Below are positions 1 to 12,240 of a stretch of DNA of 64,000 nt, piece by piece. The position numbers and the translations under genes are program-made. How positions within the stretch are numbered: position 1 is the stretch's first letter; each line of letters starts with the position of its first letter. This stretch comes from Tubiluchus corallicola (lineage: Eukaryota; Animalia; Priapulida): positions 115,015-179,014 of the forward strand of contig JAQGDQ010000466.1 of the NCBI GenBank assembly GCA_030141605.1. The letters run 5' to 3'. The notes beneath the pieces are model-generated. The model saw nothing but the letters and a program-made list of their open reading frames with translations. It searched no databases and was not told where the DNA came from.

Positions 1-455
1 TAGCTTTCACAGTTTTTAATTTGTCGTAGTCTAATAAACGTTACATTAAATTTCTGAGTAAGCTTTTTCATTTGCCTTTCCTTTTGAGATTCCTCAAATT
101 ATAATTACTTTTAAAATGAAACAGAAACTCTTATTTTTAAACACTATTTCAATGTGTAAGTGGTGAATGTTTTGCAGAATGTTATAGTTTTAGATAGGCT
201 TTATTATATTACGCTTTTTTGGTACCTTACCTAAATGTTTTAATGTACACATTTGAAAATATTGTTTTGAAAGAGCGATTTATAATTAGATGCGTTATTA
301 TTATTATTATTATTTTCAATATTGTCACCAATGGAGTTGCCTTTGGCCAATAATGTCAGAAAGAGCAAACATGTTATTCTTTGTAAAAGATCGAATTTAA
401 ATAAATTTTATCTTATATTATCTTTTTATCTTATTGCCAACATTAATTTGTATAG

Positions 456-642
456 GTAAAATTCTGGATAACATTGAATGAACCGTGAATCATAGCGTTG
501 CTTCATTATGGCAATAACTGGGTTGATACTCAAGAGTATGAATGTTCAGCTGTTGACACTTACATTGCAGGACACAATTTGTTGAAAGTTCATGCAGAGG
601 CTTGCCATGTGTACATTGACAAATATAAAGATGAACAGAAAG
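456..642 (+). pseudogene. GH1 beta-glucosidase/lactase-like exon, copy 1 (in-frame stop)
   Basis: AG acceptor at 454-455 and GT donor at 643. Translates VKFWITLNEP*IIALLHYG...DTYIAGHNLLKVHAEA...YKDEQK, which contains the GH1 acid/base motif TxNEP followed by TGA in place of Trp. A stub of the next exon (GII GIMLNS) is at 1232-1258. Confidence 0.88.
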
Positions 643-1940
643 GTATCAATAATTAATTTAGCTGTTTTCATAAATGCAGCTTAAAATTCATAGATACTTT
701 GTATATATTGTATACTTACATTTTAAATGTGATCTAAAAAGCCTGGGAACTGTAGTATATGGTGCTACTAAAGTAACTGTTGCTCATAAGTTAATTTCTT
801 CTTCTACGCTCATAGCATTGCAATGCATTGTTAATTTGTAATGATTATTACATAACTTGAATTTTTGTAATGTGTCAAATGGATCAATAAACAAATCTAA
901 AATCTAAAACAATTTTAATTCAGTTGGACTTAAAGATGTTTTCTGTAGAAATTACTGAAAATTATTGTACTGTTGTTCTAGGATTTTAAAATTGTAAACA
1001 CAGTATTTCTAAAGAAGTCAATAGGCTGTCATTCGGAATCCAGTGGAATTTAATGGCAAGTCTATTTTGCAGGTGGATTGCAGTGGCAAAACTGGAACCG
1101 ACTTGATTATCAAGAATAACCTTCTAAGATGAGATACTGAACCAGCAGACTTGTGTTAATCATGCAAACAGGCAAAATCAACATTACTACTGATAATTTA
1201 ATGAATCATGTTCAGAAAATTTTTACAATAGGTATAATTGGCATTATGCTGAATTCAGCTATAGTAGAAAAATTAAAATGAATAAACGAATTTAAACTAA
1301 ACATCAGTTGCATGTTGCTTGAAACGAGGCATCTCTTAAACAACAAAAGGGTAGAACTTGCCTATCGTTTGTCCAACGCACTGAACATCTTGCAGTAGTG
1401 CTGTATTACATTTTTCACTCTCGCAAACATGTGCAACAAGTTTGCAGAATGCAACTGTTGTTGAAAATTTGGATAGTTTGTGATGCCATCAATAGTTGGG
1501 TGCGCCGGCCGTTGATTAAGCTTTTTATCTGTCACTTAATTATTAGAAACGGTTTTGCAGTATTAATTGTGTAAAAATGTGCAGATTTTGGACTTGAAAA
1601 TGGGGTAGCGCATGAAAAACCAGCCTGTTTACATTTGCGCGTGCCCTCACAAAGATATTATTACTATGTGTGTATTACTACACTAGATCAATCTACATTA
1701 CTAAGATAAAAAGTCTAAATAATTTTGCCTAATTCTGGGAAATCTTGAACACCTCTCCTCTGTGATTCTAAACCAACAACTTTGGATTTCAGGCAGGCCT
1801 GTAACTAAAGTTAGTTTACTGACGTTTTGTCACCCACCTTCACACTTGCAGGGAAAAATGACTGTTTTTCTCATAGAATTCCTTTACAGTGAAAAATGCT
1901 CTACTTAATTGTTTTATACATCTTATTATCTGTTTCTTAG

Positions 1941-2374
1941 ATGCTGGTATTCAGCCAATGGTGACACTTCATCACTGGGATATTCCACAAGTTTTGCAGA
2001 AAAATGATTAAGGATTTTAAAAACTTTGCAGATGTTTGTTTTGAAAACTTTACAGATCGCGTAAGTCTTGAAGCAAAATTTTGCTTTCACAGTTTTTAAT
2101 TTGTCGTAGTCTAATAAACGTTACATTAAATTTCTGAGCAAGCTTTTTCATTTATCTTTCCTTTTGAGATTCCTCAAATTATAATTACTTTTAAAATGAA
2201 ACAGAAACTCTTATTTTTAATCACTATTTCAATGTGTAAGTGGTGAATGTTTTGCAGAATGTTATAGTTTTAGATAGGCTTTATTATATTACACTTTTTT
2301 TGGTATCTTACCTAAATGTTTTAATGTACACATTTGAAAATATTGTTTTGAAAGAGCGATTTATAATTAGATGC

Positions 2375-2446
<72 letters not shown>

Positions 2447-3446
2447 TTCAATATTGTCACCAATGGAGTTGCCTTTGGCCAATAATGTCAGAAAGAGCAA
2501 ACATGTTATTTTATGTAAAAGACCGACTTTAAATAAATTTATCTTATATTATCTTTTTATCTTATTGCCAACATTAATTTTTATAGGTAAAATTCTGGAT
2601 AACCTTGAATGAACTGTGGATCATAGTGTTGCTTCATTATTGCAATAACTTGGTAGATACTCAAGAGTATGAAAGTTCAGGTGTTGATACTTACATTGCA
2701 GGACACAATTTGTTGAAAGCTCATGCAGAGGCTTACAATTTGTACAAGGACAAATATAAAGATGAACTGAAAAGTATCAATAATTAACTTAGCTGTTTTT
2801 ATAAATGCAGCTTAAAATTCATAGATACTTTGTACATTTTAAGTGTGATATAAAAAGCATTGGAACTGAAGTATATGGTGCAACTAAAGTAACAGTTGCT
2901 CATAAGTTAATTTCTTCTGCTATGCTTATAGCATTGCAATGCATTGTTAATTTGTAATAATTATTACATAACTTGAATTTTTGTGATGTGCCAAATGGAT
3001 CAATAAACAAATCTAAAATCTAAAAACAAATTTAATTCAGTTGGACTTAAAGATGTTTTCTGTAGAAATTACTGAAAATTATTGTACTGTTGTTCTAGGA
3101 TTTTAAAATTGTCAACACAGTATTTCTAAACAAGTCAATAGGCTGTCATTTGGAATCCAGTGGAATTTAATGGCAAGTCTATTTTGCAGGTGGATTGCAG
3201 AGGCAAGACTGGAACCGACTTGATTATCAAGAATAACCCTCTAAGATGAGATACTGAACCAGCAGACTTGTGTTAATCATGCAAACAGGCAAAATCAACA
3301 TTACTACTGACAATTAAATGAATCATGCTAAGAAAATTTTTATAATAGGTATAATTGGCATTACGCTGAATTCAGTTTGGACTGAACCACGTGACCCTGA
3401 CAAAGCAGAAGACAGAGAAGCTACTTTCAGAGCACAAGAGTTTACG
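1941..3446 (+). pseudogene. GH1 beta-glucosidase/lactase-like gene fragment, copy 2 (three exons: 1941-2060, 2587-2773, 3349-~3446)
   Basis: Exon 1 reads AGIQPMVTLHHWDIPQVLQ/(frameshift)/MIKDFKNFADVCFENFTDR|gtaagt. Exon 2 reads VKFWITLNELW...YIAGHNLLKAHAEAYNLYKDKYK. Exon 3 reads GIIGITLNSVWTEPRDPDKAEDREATFRAQEF. Introns are canonical GT-AG. The GGWLN segment is deleted with a frameshift and NEP has become NEL. Confidence 0.88.
2376..2446. repeat. (TAT)n microsatellite
   Basis: About 23 units here versus about 6 in the paralogous position at 296-314. Confidence 0.97.
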
Positions 3447-3986
3447 CTCTTGATCTGAAGTGGGATATTTCACTTTATTTGGTGTAACTCTTTGTCAGCA
3501 TTTTGAGAATTCAATGATATTTACCTTCAGGTAATTAGTTACATAGCTAATTTTCTGGGGGGGGGGAAACTTTAGGCAAAAGCATATCGAAAGAGCATAG
3601 CATCTTCCATTGAGTGAATTTGTTGATTATTCAGTTAAATGTGTTTTGACCATTAAATAGTTTTCCTTCAGATTTTGTAAACGCTATAATTCCAGGTGTA
3701 TGCCGACTTGAATAACTGATTTGTCCTTGATTGCACTGTAAACGTTTCAAGTGCTAGTGAAACCGTTATTTCGTTGCAGGCTTGTCAAAAGTCTTGGCCT
3801 AGATTTTGTATATTCCTAGTTTGCTACTTTGTTTGATTTGCACTCACAATACCCTGATATACAGTATATTTGTGTGTCTGTATGCGCTGAGCCAGTGTGT
3901 GTCTGTTGAATGATAGATCTATAAATATTCTGCAAGCATCAAGGTTTTCACTGTAACTACTATTTGTCCTATATTCTGTGATTAGA

Positions 3987-5000
3987 ATGTTACTCGTTTA
4001 CGTGGAGAGTGAATTGCAGCAATTAACTGTACCTGTCTTAAAGCAGATAACTGCTTAACGTAGGTTAACTTTACCACAGGGTACAAATAAGGCTGGAATA
4101 ATTAATATAATCATGAATGCACAGGGTAACCCTGTGACGACAGGTGAACCTAGTGTTAGACAGAAAGAAGTTGGAGGTGTGTCAAGTACACCGAGTGTGT
4201 CTGATCAACTGTTAGCAACTCCCAATCCTGACGACCTTACCTTGCATTCTGCTATTAATAGTAAACCTGCGAATGGTGAGATGACAAAACGTTCAGTACC
4301 TCTTTATAACATTGAAAAGTTAGCAGAGCGCGAGAAAGAGCGTAAATGGGAACGGGAACGTGAAGAAAGGCGTGAACGTATGCAACGTGAAGAGAGAGAA
4401 TGGGAAGGTTAGCGAGAGGAACGCAGAGAACGAATGCAGAAAGAGCAGTATCAATTTGAGTTGAGGCTTCGTGAGCTGGGTGACACAGGTTCCTCCTCAA
4501 TAATCTGATTGCATGCTCACTACAACCGCATTTCGAATACCTCGAACGCAAGATTACAATGTTGTAAAGAAGACTTTGTTAGCTGCCTATGTCCTCTCCA
4601 GTGACATGTATCTTGAGCGTTTCCGCAAGATTACTCCGAGACCGGACGAAACATTCCGTCAGCTTTTTGTACGGCTTGATCGTGCCCTGCAAGAATGGCT
4701 GAAAGCCGAAGAAGCGTCCACCTTTGAGAACGTTTGTGAACTGCTATGTATTGAGCAGGCCCTTACATTGATGCCCCGTGAAATGAGCATTTGGGTCAGG
4801 CAGCAAGGGCAGAAGACAATGGAAAAGGTGGCAGAGAAAGCTGATTTGTACATTGCTTCTAATGCATTAGGTACGACTTCGAAAAATGGTTTTGGAAAAA
4901 AGATGAATAATGATGTCATGAAGAAGATACTTCATGTCATGAAGAAGATACTGTTATACTTTTGGAGAACTTGGACACAAAAGGACCCAGTGCCCGAAAC
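3987..5000 (+). pseudogene. gag: gag remnant: SAP/HeH-like N-terminus, SCAN-like capsid domain, zinc knuckle
   Basis: The ATG at 3987 is in frame with ORF 4113, with a TAA at 4056. ORF 4513-5016 YLERFRKITPRPDETFRQLFVRLDRALQEWL...LLCIEQALTLMPREMSIWV resembles SCAN. CYTFGELGHKRTQC at 4952-4993 is a CX2CX4HX4C knuckle with the second Cys changed to Phe. Confidence 0.78.
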
Positions 5001-5139
5001 GCCCCAATTATGGTGAAACAAGTGGCAAGAGTAGAAATCCTATTCGTCAATTCTTGGCCAAGACAGGAGATACTGGTCACCAATCCAGTCACTCTACTAA
5101 TTCACCTGCGCCTATGCCTGAGTGTGTGCCTGAGTCTGA

Positions 5140-5390
5140 TGAGTTTACCTTTAAAGCTAAAATTAATGGTATCTGGATCGATGGTATAAGAGATTCTGGT
5201 GCTAGAGTGAGTTTGATCCAACCACGTTATGTCCGTCCAGAACAGTTTCTACAAAGTGAAAATTATACCAAAATTTTGTTGTAATTGAGCTGTTGTTGAG
5301 GTGGAATGTACGCTAGTCAATGGTAGATTGAGAGTGGCAGTGTCTGATAGTCTTCCTGTGCCCTTTTTGCTAGGTAATGATTACCGAACT
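5140..5390 (+). pseudogene. pol: Retropepsin aspartic protease remnant
   Basis: FTFKAKINGIWIDGIRDSGARVSLI (DSG catalytic motif) and VAVSDSLPVPFLLGND, split by a deletion/frameshift. Confidence 0.85.
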
Positions 5391-5750
5391 GCTGTGACAC
5401 CATTTAACATTAAACAGAGTTTTAGTACACCACCTAAACCACCATCAGTTGATTTAGAATGTATCACACCTGAAAATTCAGGTCTCACATTGTTCTGATG
5501 AGCTTGTGAGTGGAAATAAAAATGTCTCGAAACAAGCTGGTAATTCGAAAAAAGCTTTTGCAGTAACCCGATCAAAAGCAAAGCAGCTACAAGCAGAAGC
5601 CAAGAGCGACAAACAATTACTTAGTAGTTTAAACGCTGATCAAAAAGCGGACAAAAATATTGCATCTGGCGTAAATACTAAAGCACAGCAACAGCAGCTG
5701 TTTTATATTACCTGTCACGTGAAAAGTGCGATGCTCAACCCAGCGAACTT

Positions 5751-6445
5751 TTGGTTTTCCCCAAGTCTAGACGTTTGGCAGTCTTATCTTTGGCACATGA
5801 TGCGCACATGGCTGGTCACCTGGGCATCCGTAAAACTACCCAACGTGTTTTACAAGAATGTATTTGGCCTAGAGTTAAACGTTCAGTGATACAATATTGC
5901 CGCTCGTGTGTCCCATGTCAGAAAACGGCGAGAATTAAACGTTCTGATAAAGCGAAATTAAAGCCATTGTCCATACCTTCGATTGCATTTCGAACTATAG
6001 CCATGGATATTATTGGGCCTATGAAGAGAACACCCTCGGGGAATAAGTATGCCTTAGTAATAATAGATCATGCTACGAGGTACTCCGATTGCTACCCGCT
6101 GCCAAATATTGAAACTACTACTGTTGTTAAAGCTTTATTGCAATACATATGTCGGCATGGCATCCCGCGTGAGATTTTAACCGACAGAGGTACTCAATTC
6201 ACATCACAGTTAATCCATGATTTAGAACAGGCCTTGGGTGTAAAGGGAATTTTCACTTCCCCATATAACCCGCAGGGGAATGGGTTAACTGAGAGATTTA
6301 ATGGCTCATTAAAATCCTGCATTTTAAAAGTCATGCAAAATGAGAAATATTTACCCTGGGATGAAACTATTCCGTTTATTTTATTTGCTTTCCGGGAAGT
6401 ACCCCAAGAATCCACTGGGTATGCCCCATTTCAGTTAGTTTATCT
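5751..6445 (+). pseudogene. pol: Retroviral-type integrase (HHCC + DDE core), 3' truncated
   Basis: AHDAHMAGHLG...YCRSCVPCQ, IAMDIIGP, ILTDRGTQF, NGLTERFNG and STGYAPFQLVY; homology stops at about 6445. Confidence 0.93.
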
Positions 6446-6622
6446 TTTTCTAATTGCAATTGCCCTGACCTATTGTGTTAAAAGTCTTGATATCAAGACT
6501 TTTAGGCCTTATTCTACCATTAATTATTGTCAATTTTTACAAAAGAAATTTAGTTTAACGGTATAATGACAGAAGCCAACTTGTTCTGAAATCAGATTTC
6601 AGCTGTACATTCAATGACACTG

Positions 6623-7793
6623 TGTCATGTTCCGCCCTACATTTAATAGTTCTCACATTATGCTTATGCAACATTAAGCCCTATTCATACTGCATGTTCA
6701 ATTAATTGATATGTATGATATTTAGCTACTGGCAGTGATAGTTATTTGTATTATTAATTACTGATATTTTGTTAGGATGTAGGCACCTACTAACAAACCC
6801 CTTTTGAATTCCCTCTGACCCACTCTTGTCTGCCCTACCGTGGCTGTAATGCAGTGTCTAAGTCAAGGTTAATGATAGTGCACAGGTGAATAATATTATA
6901 GCTGTTTAAGCAAGTGGCTTCTCGATGCACTTCGTTCAACACCGTTTAGATACAGACGGCAACTTGACACAGAACGAGAAATTCGTTTACTCTGTGAAGT
7001 TATATGTTTTGGAAGAGAAATGCTGTACTAGAAAGTTTCGCACAAGATATGGTGTGTAATGTACATGGTGATACTGTGAGAGCCTAGTTGTTGTAAGCTA
7101 CGGTCGTCAACCAGAGTTATCCCAGAGATGCTGGCCTGCAGTCTGCAGTAGTGAAGTTAGCCACTGACTGACAAATGTATCGACCTACTACAGAACCAAA
7201 TCCATGGTGGTAACAGGTACTTTTTGGTTTTGTTACGATCGTAACTAACGTCACACTGATAACGTAAACATCACGTATACTAGCCTAATGTTCTTCGATG
7301 CTACTTGCTGGGTCAAGACTAATCGGTAGTTTCTCTGACGAAGTTTGGAATCTCAACTGTATTCACACGCAGAGGTTATATTACGACGTATTGCTACCGT
7401 TCTATAAACTGTTATACAACACTAGGTACAGAGTGGGCAAACATGAACTTTATGCAAACGCATATGCCCTACTAACCCCAAGCTTTGTCAATATTGCCAT
7501 ATCTTTGTTATTACTGAACTTTTGCTTAAATCGAATCACTTTGGAATTTGCTAATGATCAAATTGCTTCATTAATTATTTTAATGTCTGCCATTTGATCT
7601 TTCTTTTTTCTTCAAATCCATTAGTGTATAGAGTGCAAATAGGCCATAGTCCCCCGTATTTTTAACATCAGCATTAGGCCGATCTGCATCCATACATTTA
7701 GTGACTAGCTCCCTCCTGTTATGAGATGTAAAACTAACGCAGCATGTCCCTCTTTGATTCCCCTATAGGAAATACAAGATCAGGGTCATCACA
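6623..7793. mobile_element. Solo LTR (about 1.17 kb)
   Basis: TGTCATG...CATCACA termini (TG..CA, imperfect inverted repeat) flanked by a perfect 5-bp duplication CACTG at 6618-6622 and 7794-7798. Confidence 0.72.
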
Positions 7794-8329
7794 CACTGTT
7801 TATGCATTACTACTATATCATGTGATTGAAGCCACGTAGACAAAATTTTGGCTGTTCAGTTCGCCAAGGTATCCCGCTTTAAGTTGTCGAGTTAAGCGGA
7901 CGTTCTCATGTCATAAAATGATGGTTTAGTAGTAATAGTGCTTGCTTGCAGAAAAGCGATCAGTCTACATGGTTACGACAGAGACGATAGTTGCATTCCA
8001 GCGATGATACTTACCTGCTGCTGATTATATTTTCCTGACGCCGATGATACATCACTTATTAAAGAGTCTACTTATCAGTTGTCGATGATATCTGCTGCTG
8101 ATGACATTTACCTCTATTTACCCGACGCTGATGATAATGTCCTTGGTGCTTCCATGTTGTGATTACGAAATTGGTGATCCTTACCTTGTGACGAGTGCAG
8201 GAGCTTGGATGCTACCCTATTTTGGCGTCATATAAGTGGAGGCGTGTACATTAGGAGTCGTCAAAGTTTGGAGACGTCGTCCACGTAATCAGATCCATGA
8301 AGAGGTAGTGTAGTCAACCGTTCTATGGT

Positions 8330-9168
8330 GCAAAAACAATGAAGAAAATTGAACGCAAAAACAAAGAAGAAAACCGAACACAAAAACAAAGATGAAACCG
8401 AACGCAAAAACAAAAAAGAAAACCGAACGCAAAAACAAAGTAGAAAACCGAACGCAAAAACAAAGAAGAAAACCGAATGCAAAAAAAGAAGAAAACCGAA
8501 CGCAAAAACAATGAAGAAAACCGAAAGCAAAAACAAAGAAGAAAACCGAACGTAAAAACAAAGATGAAAACCGAACGCAAAAACAATGAAGAAAACCGAA
8601 CGCAAAAACAATGAAGAAAACCGAACGCAAAAAATGAAGAAAACTGAACGCAAAAACATTGAAGAAAACCGAACGCAAAAACAATGAAGAAAACCGAACG
8701 CAAAAACAATGAAGAAAACCGAACGCAAAAACAAAGAAGAAAACCAAACGCAAAAACAAAGAAGAAAACCGAATGCAAAAACAATGAAGAAAACCGAACG
8801 TAAAAACAAAGAAGAAAACCGAACGCAAAAACAAAGAAGAAAACCGAATGCAAAAAATGAAGAAAACTGAACGCACAAACATTGAAGAAAACCGAACGCA
8901 AAAATGAAGAAAACTGAACGCAAAAACAATGAAGAAAACCGAACGCAAAAACAATGAAGAAAACCGAACGCAAAAATGAAGAAAACTGAACGCAAAAACA
9001 ATGAAGAAAACCAAACGCAAAAACATTGAAGAAAACCGAACGCAAAAACAATGAAGAAAACCAAACGCAAAAACAAAGAAGAAAACCGAACGCAAAAACA
9101 AAGAAGAAAACCGAACGCAAAAACAAAGAAGAAAACCGAACGCAAAAACAATGAAGAAAACCGAACGC
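8330..9168. repeat. 25-bp minisatellite AAAAACAA(T/A)GAAGAAAACCGAACGC, about 34 copies
   Basis: Direct inspection; source of the Phe-rich minus-strand ORFs at 8261-9211. Confidence 0.97.
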
Positions 9169-9707
9169 AGACAGCTGATGTATGAATAAGAGAAGGAAAG
9201 TTATTGGTCAAAACTCTAAATATGGTAACAGAACTGATTCATTAAATGATCTTGCATTAAATTTGTGTCATAATAAACAGTATTAAAATATTTGTTTAGC
9301 GCTAGGCCAAGTAAAGTGTTGCAATAGCCTCGCTTGAATTCACTAAAAATGCAACACAGCCACAATTTATTTCTCAGGCAAAACGAGCATGAATGCTCTA
9401 TAATACGCGAATGATCTCAGCACGAAGAATAATTTACTTCTCACAGAAGCGAAATTTTCACATTTTGAATGGAATCACACATTTTGCACTCACAATCTCT
9501 TACTGCACTTAATATTATCGCAAAAAACTTTAGTTGCAGTTTCATTGCAAATGTCATAGGAGGATTGCACGGTAAATGATTTCAACTGTCTCATTCAAGG
9601 ATATGAATCGCATGAGAGTGATAGGAATTTGTCATGGTGAAATACCAGACGGTATGTTTAGCAACTGTTTAGCTCCGCCCAACGTTCACACTCACTAGAA
9701 ATTTTCC

Positions 9708-9865
9708 AGAAAGATCGCCAAATACTGCGGAAAGATCGCGCAAAAACTGTGCAAAGATCGCGCAAATACTGCGGAAAGATCGCGCAAAAACTGTGCAAAG
9801 AACGCGAAAAAGCTGCGCAAACATCGCGCAAATACTGCGCAAAAACTGTGTAAGGTTGCACAAAA
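9708..9865. repeat. CpG-rich 11/22-bp minisatellite (AAAGATCGCGC / AAAAACTGTGC)
   Basis: Alternating 11-bp subunits; a much shorter version sits in the paralogous site at about 59160-59200. Confidence 0.9.
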
Positions 9866-10544
9866 CTGAGTCGTTTAGCGAAGATATTAGCTGTATTAGT
9901 TAAATTTGTTAGAATATTTTGAAAGTTTATGAATAAGAAATCACACTAATTTTTGCAAATACCTTAAAAAAGTGTTACAATTTTGAAAAATTCTTTAAGC
10001 TCATTTTCATTATTTGTATAATTTTGCTGTGTTCTGATAAGGGCAAAATTTTTGCCAATGAAATATTTCAATTCGGCTATCCCTGTCGAAGAATGTAAAT
10101 ATTAATTTTACGATCAATAAACCACTGCAACTACTATTACTATATGAGCTGCTACGGATAGAGCTGACAATCTACGGATAACGAAAGCTTTAGTCTTCAA
10201 CAATTTGGAATTTACATTTAAAGTTTATAATCCTAGCAGCAGATTTTCTAAAATGACAAATTGCAGACCAATCATGATACACGCTCTCTCTGCACACAGA
10301 GAACAGCCCGATGGTTATTAAAATCTTCTAAAGTATTTCTCCTGAGATTCAGTTTATGCCCTACACATAAAGAAAGATGACAGCTTTCAGCAATTTTATC
10401 TGAAATTTAAAAATGACTGAAACGAACCGAAAATAATAACACCGACTTTTGAAGTTTATAATCTTTACGGCAAATTCCGCAAAACATTAAATTGCAGACA
10501 TCTTGAGATGCGGTCTCTCTGCACACAAAAGAGCAGCTTATTTA

Positions 10545-11180
10545 TAATCTTTTTGAAGTGTTTACCTGAGTGGCAGGTTACTAACTGCCGATAAAGAAAG
10601 ATTGAAATCCCTTATAAATGTGTCTGGAATTTAATAGCGATTGATAGGCTGATAATAATAATGAATCTTTTTGAAGTGTTTACCTGAGTGGTAGGTTACT
10701 CCCTGCCAACAAAGAAGGATTTTAATCCCTTATAAATGTGTCTGGAATTTAATAACGATTGATAGGCTGATAATAATAATGAATCTTTTTGAAGTGTTTA
10801 CCTGAGTGGTAGGTTACTCCCAGCCTACAAAAGAAAGATTTTAATCCCTTATAATTGTGTCTGGAATTTTACAATGATTGATAAGCTGATAATAATAATG
10901 AATCTTTTTGAAGTGTTTACCTGAGTGGCAGGTTACTCCCAGCCTACAAAGAAAGATTTTAATCCCTTATAATTGTGTCTGGAATTTAATAACGATTGAT
11001 AAGCTGATAATAATAATCAATCATTTTGAAGTATTTACCTGAGTGGTAGGTTACTCCCTGCCGACAAAGAAAGATTTTAATCCCTTATAATTCTGTCTGG
11101 AATTTAATAACGATTGATAAGCTGATAATAATAATGAATCTTTTTGAAGTGTTTACCTGAGTGGTAGGTTACTCCCTGCT
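10545..11180. repeat. About 119-bp tandem repeat, about 5 copies
   Basis: Unit ATCTTTTTGAAGTGTTTACCTGAGTGG...GATAATAATAATG. Three copies at 31555-31910; single copies at about 25500, 49860 and 60370, and inverted at about 39830. Confidence 0.95.
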
Positions 11181-11324
11181 TATTTCTCAGACTCGAATTA
11201 ACAGAGATTATAATCAATTAATGCAGGTGACTCTTGTGCTTAGGGTGAGAGCTTTGTGTACAGCTCAGGTCTCAAATTTTTTATCAGTTAAAGCAAATAA
11301 AAAATCTTATTCATTTTACAGGGC

Positions 11325-12240
11325 GTCATAAGCTGTTTTTATATTATTTCTAAAGCCAGATGGCAGCACCGTGCAAAGTGAGATGAACTTACCATGCGCA
11401 TAACAGTCAAGTGCAGTTAAAACCAGTACTCTACAGAAATTACGAAACATTGTTTACACAGCAGCATAAAATGTCTTCATATTATTTCTATTGCCAGATG
11501 GCAGCACAGTGCAACGTGTGATGAACTTACCGTGTGCATAACAGTCAAGTGCAGTTAAAATCAGCAGTCTACAGAAATTACGAAGCATTGTTACAAGGCA
11601 GCATAACCTGTTTTCATTTTATTTCCGTTGCTAGGTGGCAGCACAGTGCAGTCTCTGGTGAACTTAGTGTGCGTAGAACAGTCAAAAGCATTTAAAACCA
11701 GTACTCCACAGAAATTAGGATGCTTAAGTTTCAGGGCAGCATAAGGTGTTGTTATATTATTATGTTGCTAGATGGCAGCACAGTGCTGGCTCTGGTTTAC
11801 TTGTCGTGCACGCAGCTGGTTGATGAATTTAAAAGCAGCACTCCGCAAAAAAATAAAGATTTTTTACATGGCAGTGTAATTTATTTTCATATTATTTCCT
11901 TTGCCAGATGTCAGCGCAGTGCAGGTTATGATGGTTTTACAGTGTACACAACCATCGTACGCATTTAAAGCCAGCACTCTACAGAAATTACAAAACATTG
12001 TTACACAGCAACATAAGATGTTTTCATATTATTTCCGTTGTCAGATAGAAGTACCATGCAAGGTGTGATGGGCTTACTGCACGCACAACAGCCGATGCAT
12101 TTGAAAGCATTACTCTAAAAAAATTATGATGCTTTGTTATGTAAGCTGTTTCTATATTGTATTCATTGCCAGATGGCAGCACAGTGCTGGTTCACACGGT
12201 CTTACTGTGCACAAAAATGTCGGATGCATTCAAAACCAGC
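11325..12240 (+). repeat. Diverged about 137-bp tandem repeat, 7 copies, most carrying GCYAGRTGGCAGCAC
   Basis: Motif positions 11355, 11493, 11630, 11767, 11903, 12040 and 12168 (spacing 128-138 bp); the copies at 11903 and 12040 are degenerate. Confidence 0.88.

Larger units (their letters stand above)
1..3375 (+). repeat. Direct segmental duplication: 1-1258 matches 2081-3375
   Basis: Near-identical intron and exon sequence at an offset of about 2.08-2.12 kb; both copies start GCTTTCACAGTTTTTAATTTGTCG. Confidence 0.95.
3987..6445 (+). mobile_element. Decayed Ty3/gypsy LTR retrotransposon internal region, Gmr1-like (gag-PR-IN; RT not present)
   Basis: Gag with a coiled ERE/REER tract, SCAN-like helices and a CCHC-like knuckle, then protease DSGA, an AVTRS motif, and an integrase with HHCC and DDE. 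Multiple stops and frameshifts. Confidence 0.88.

Noticed and set aside
2240-2485. Poly-Ile ORF
   Set aside because: An intronic (TAT)n microsatellite within the GH1 duplication.
8261-9211. Long Phe-rich ORFs resembling membrane proteins
   Set aside because: Translations of the 25-bp minisatellite, open in all three frames.
10545-12240. CRISPR-like regular spacing
   Set aside because: Whole units are homologous with no unique spacers, there are no cas genes, and the context is eukaryotic.
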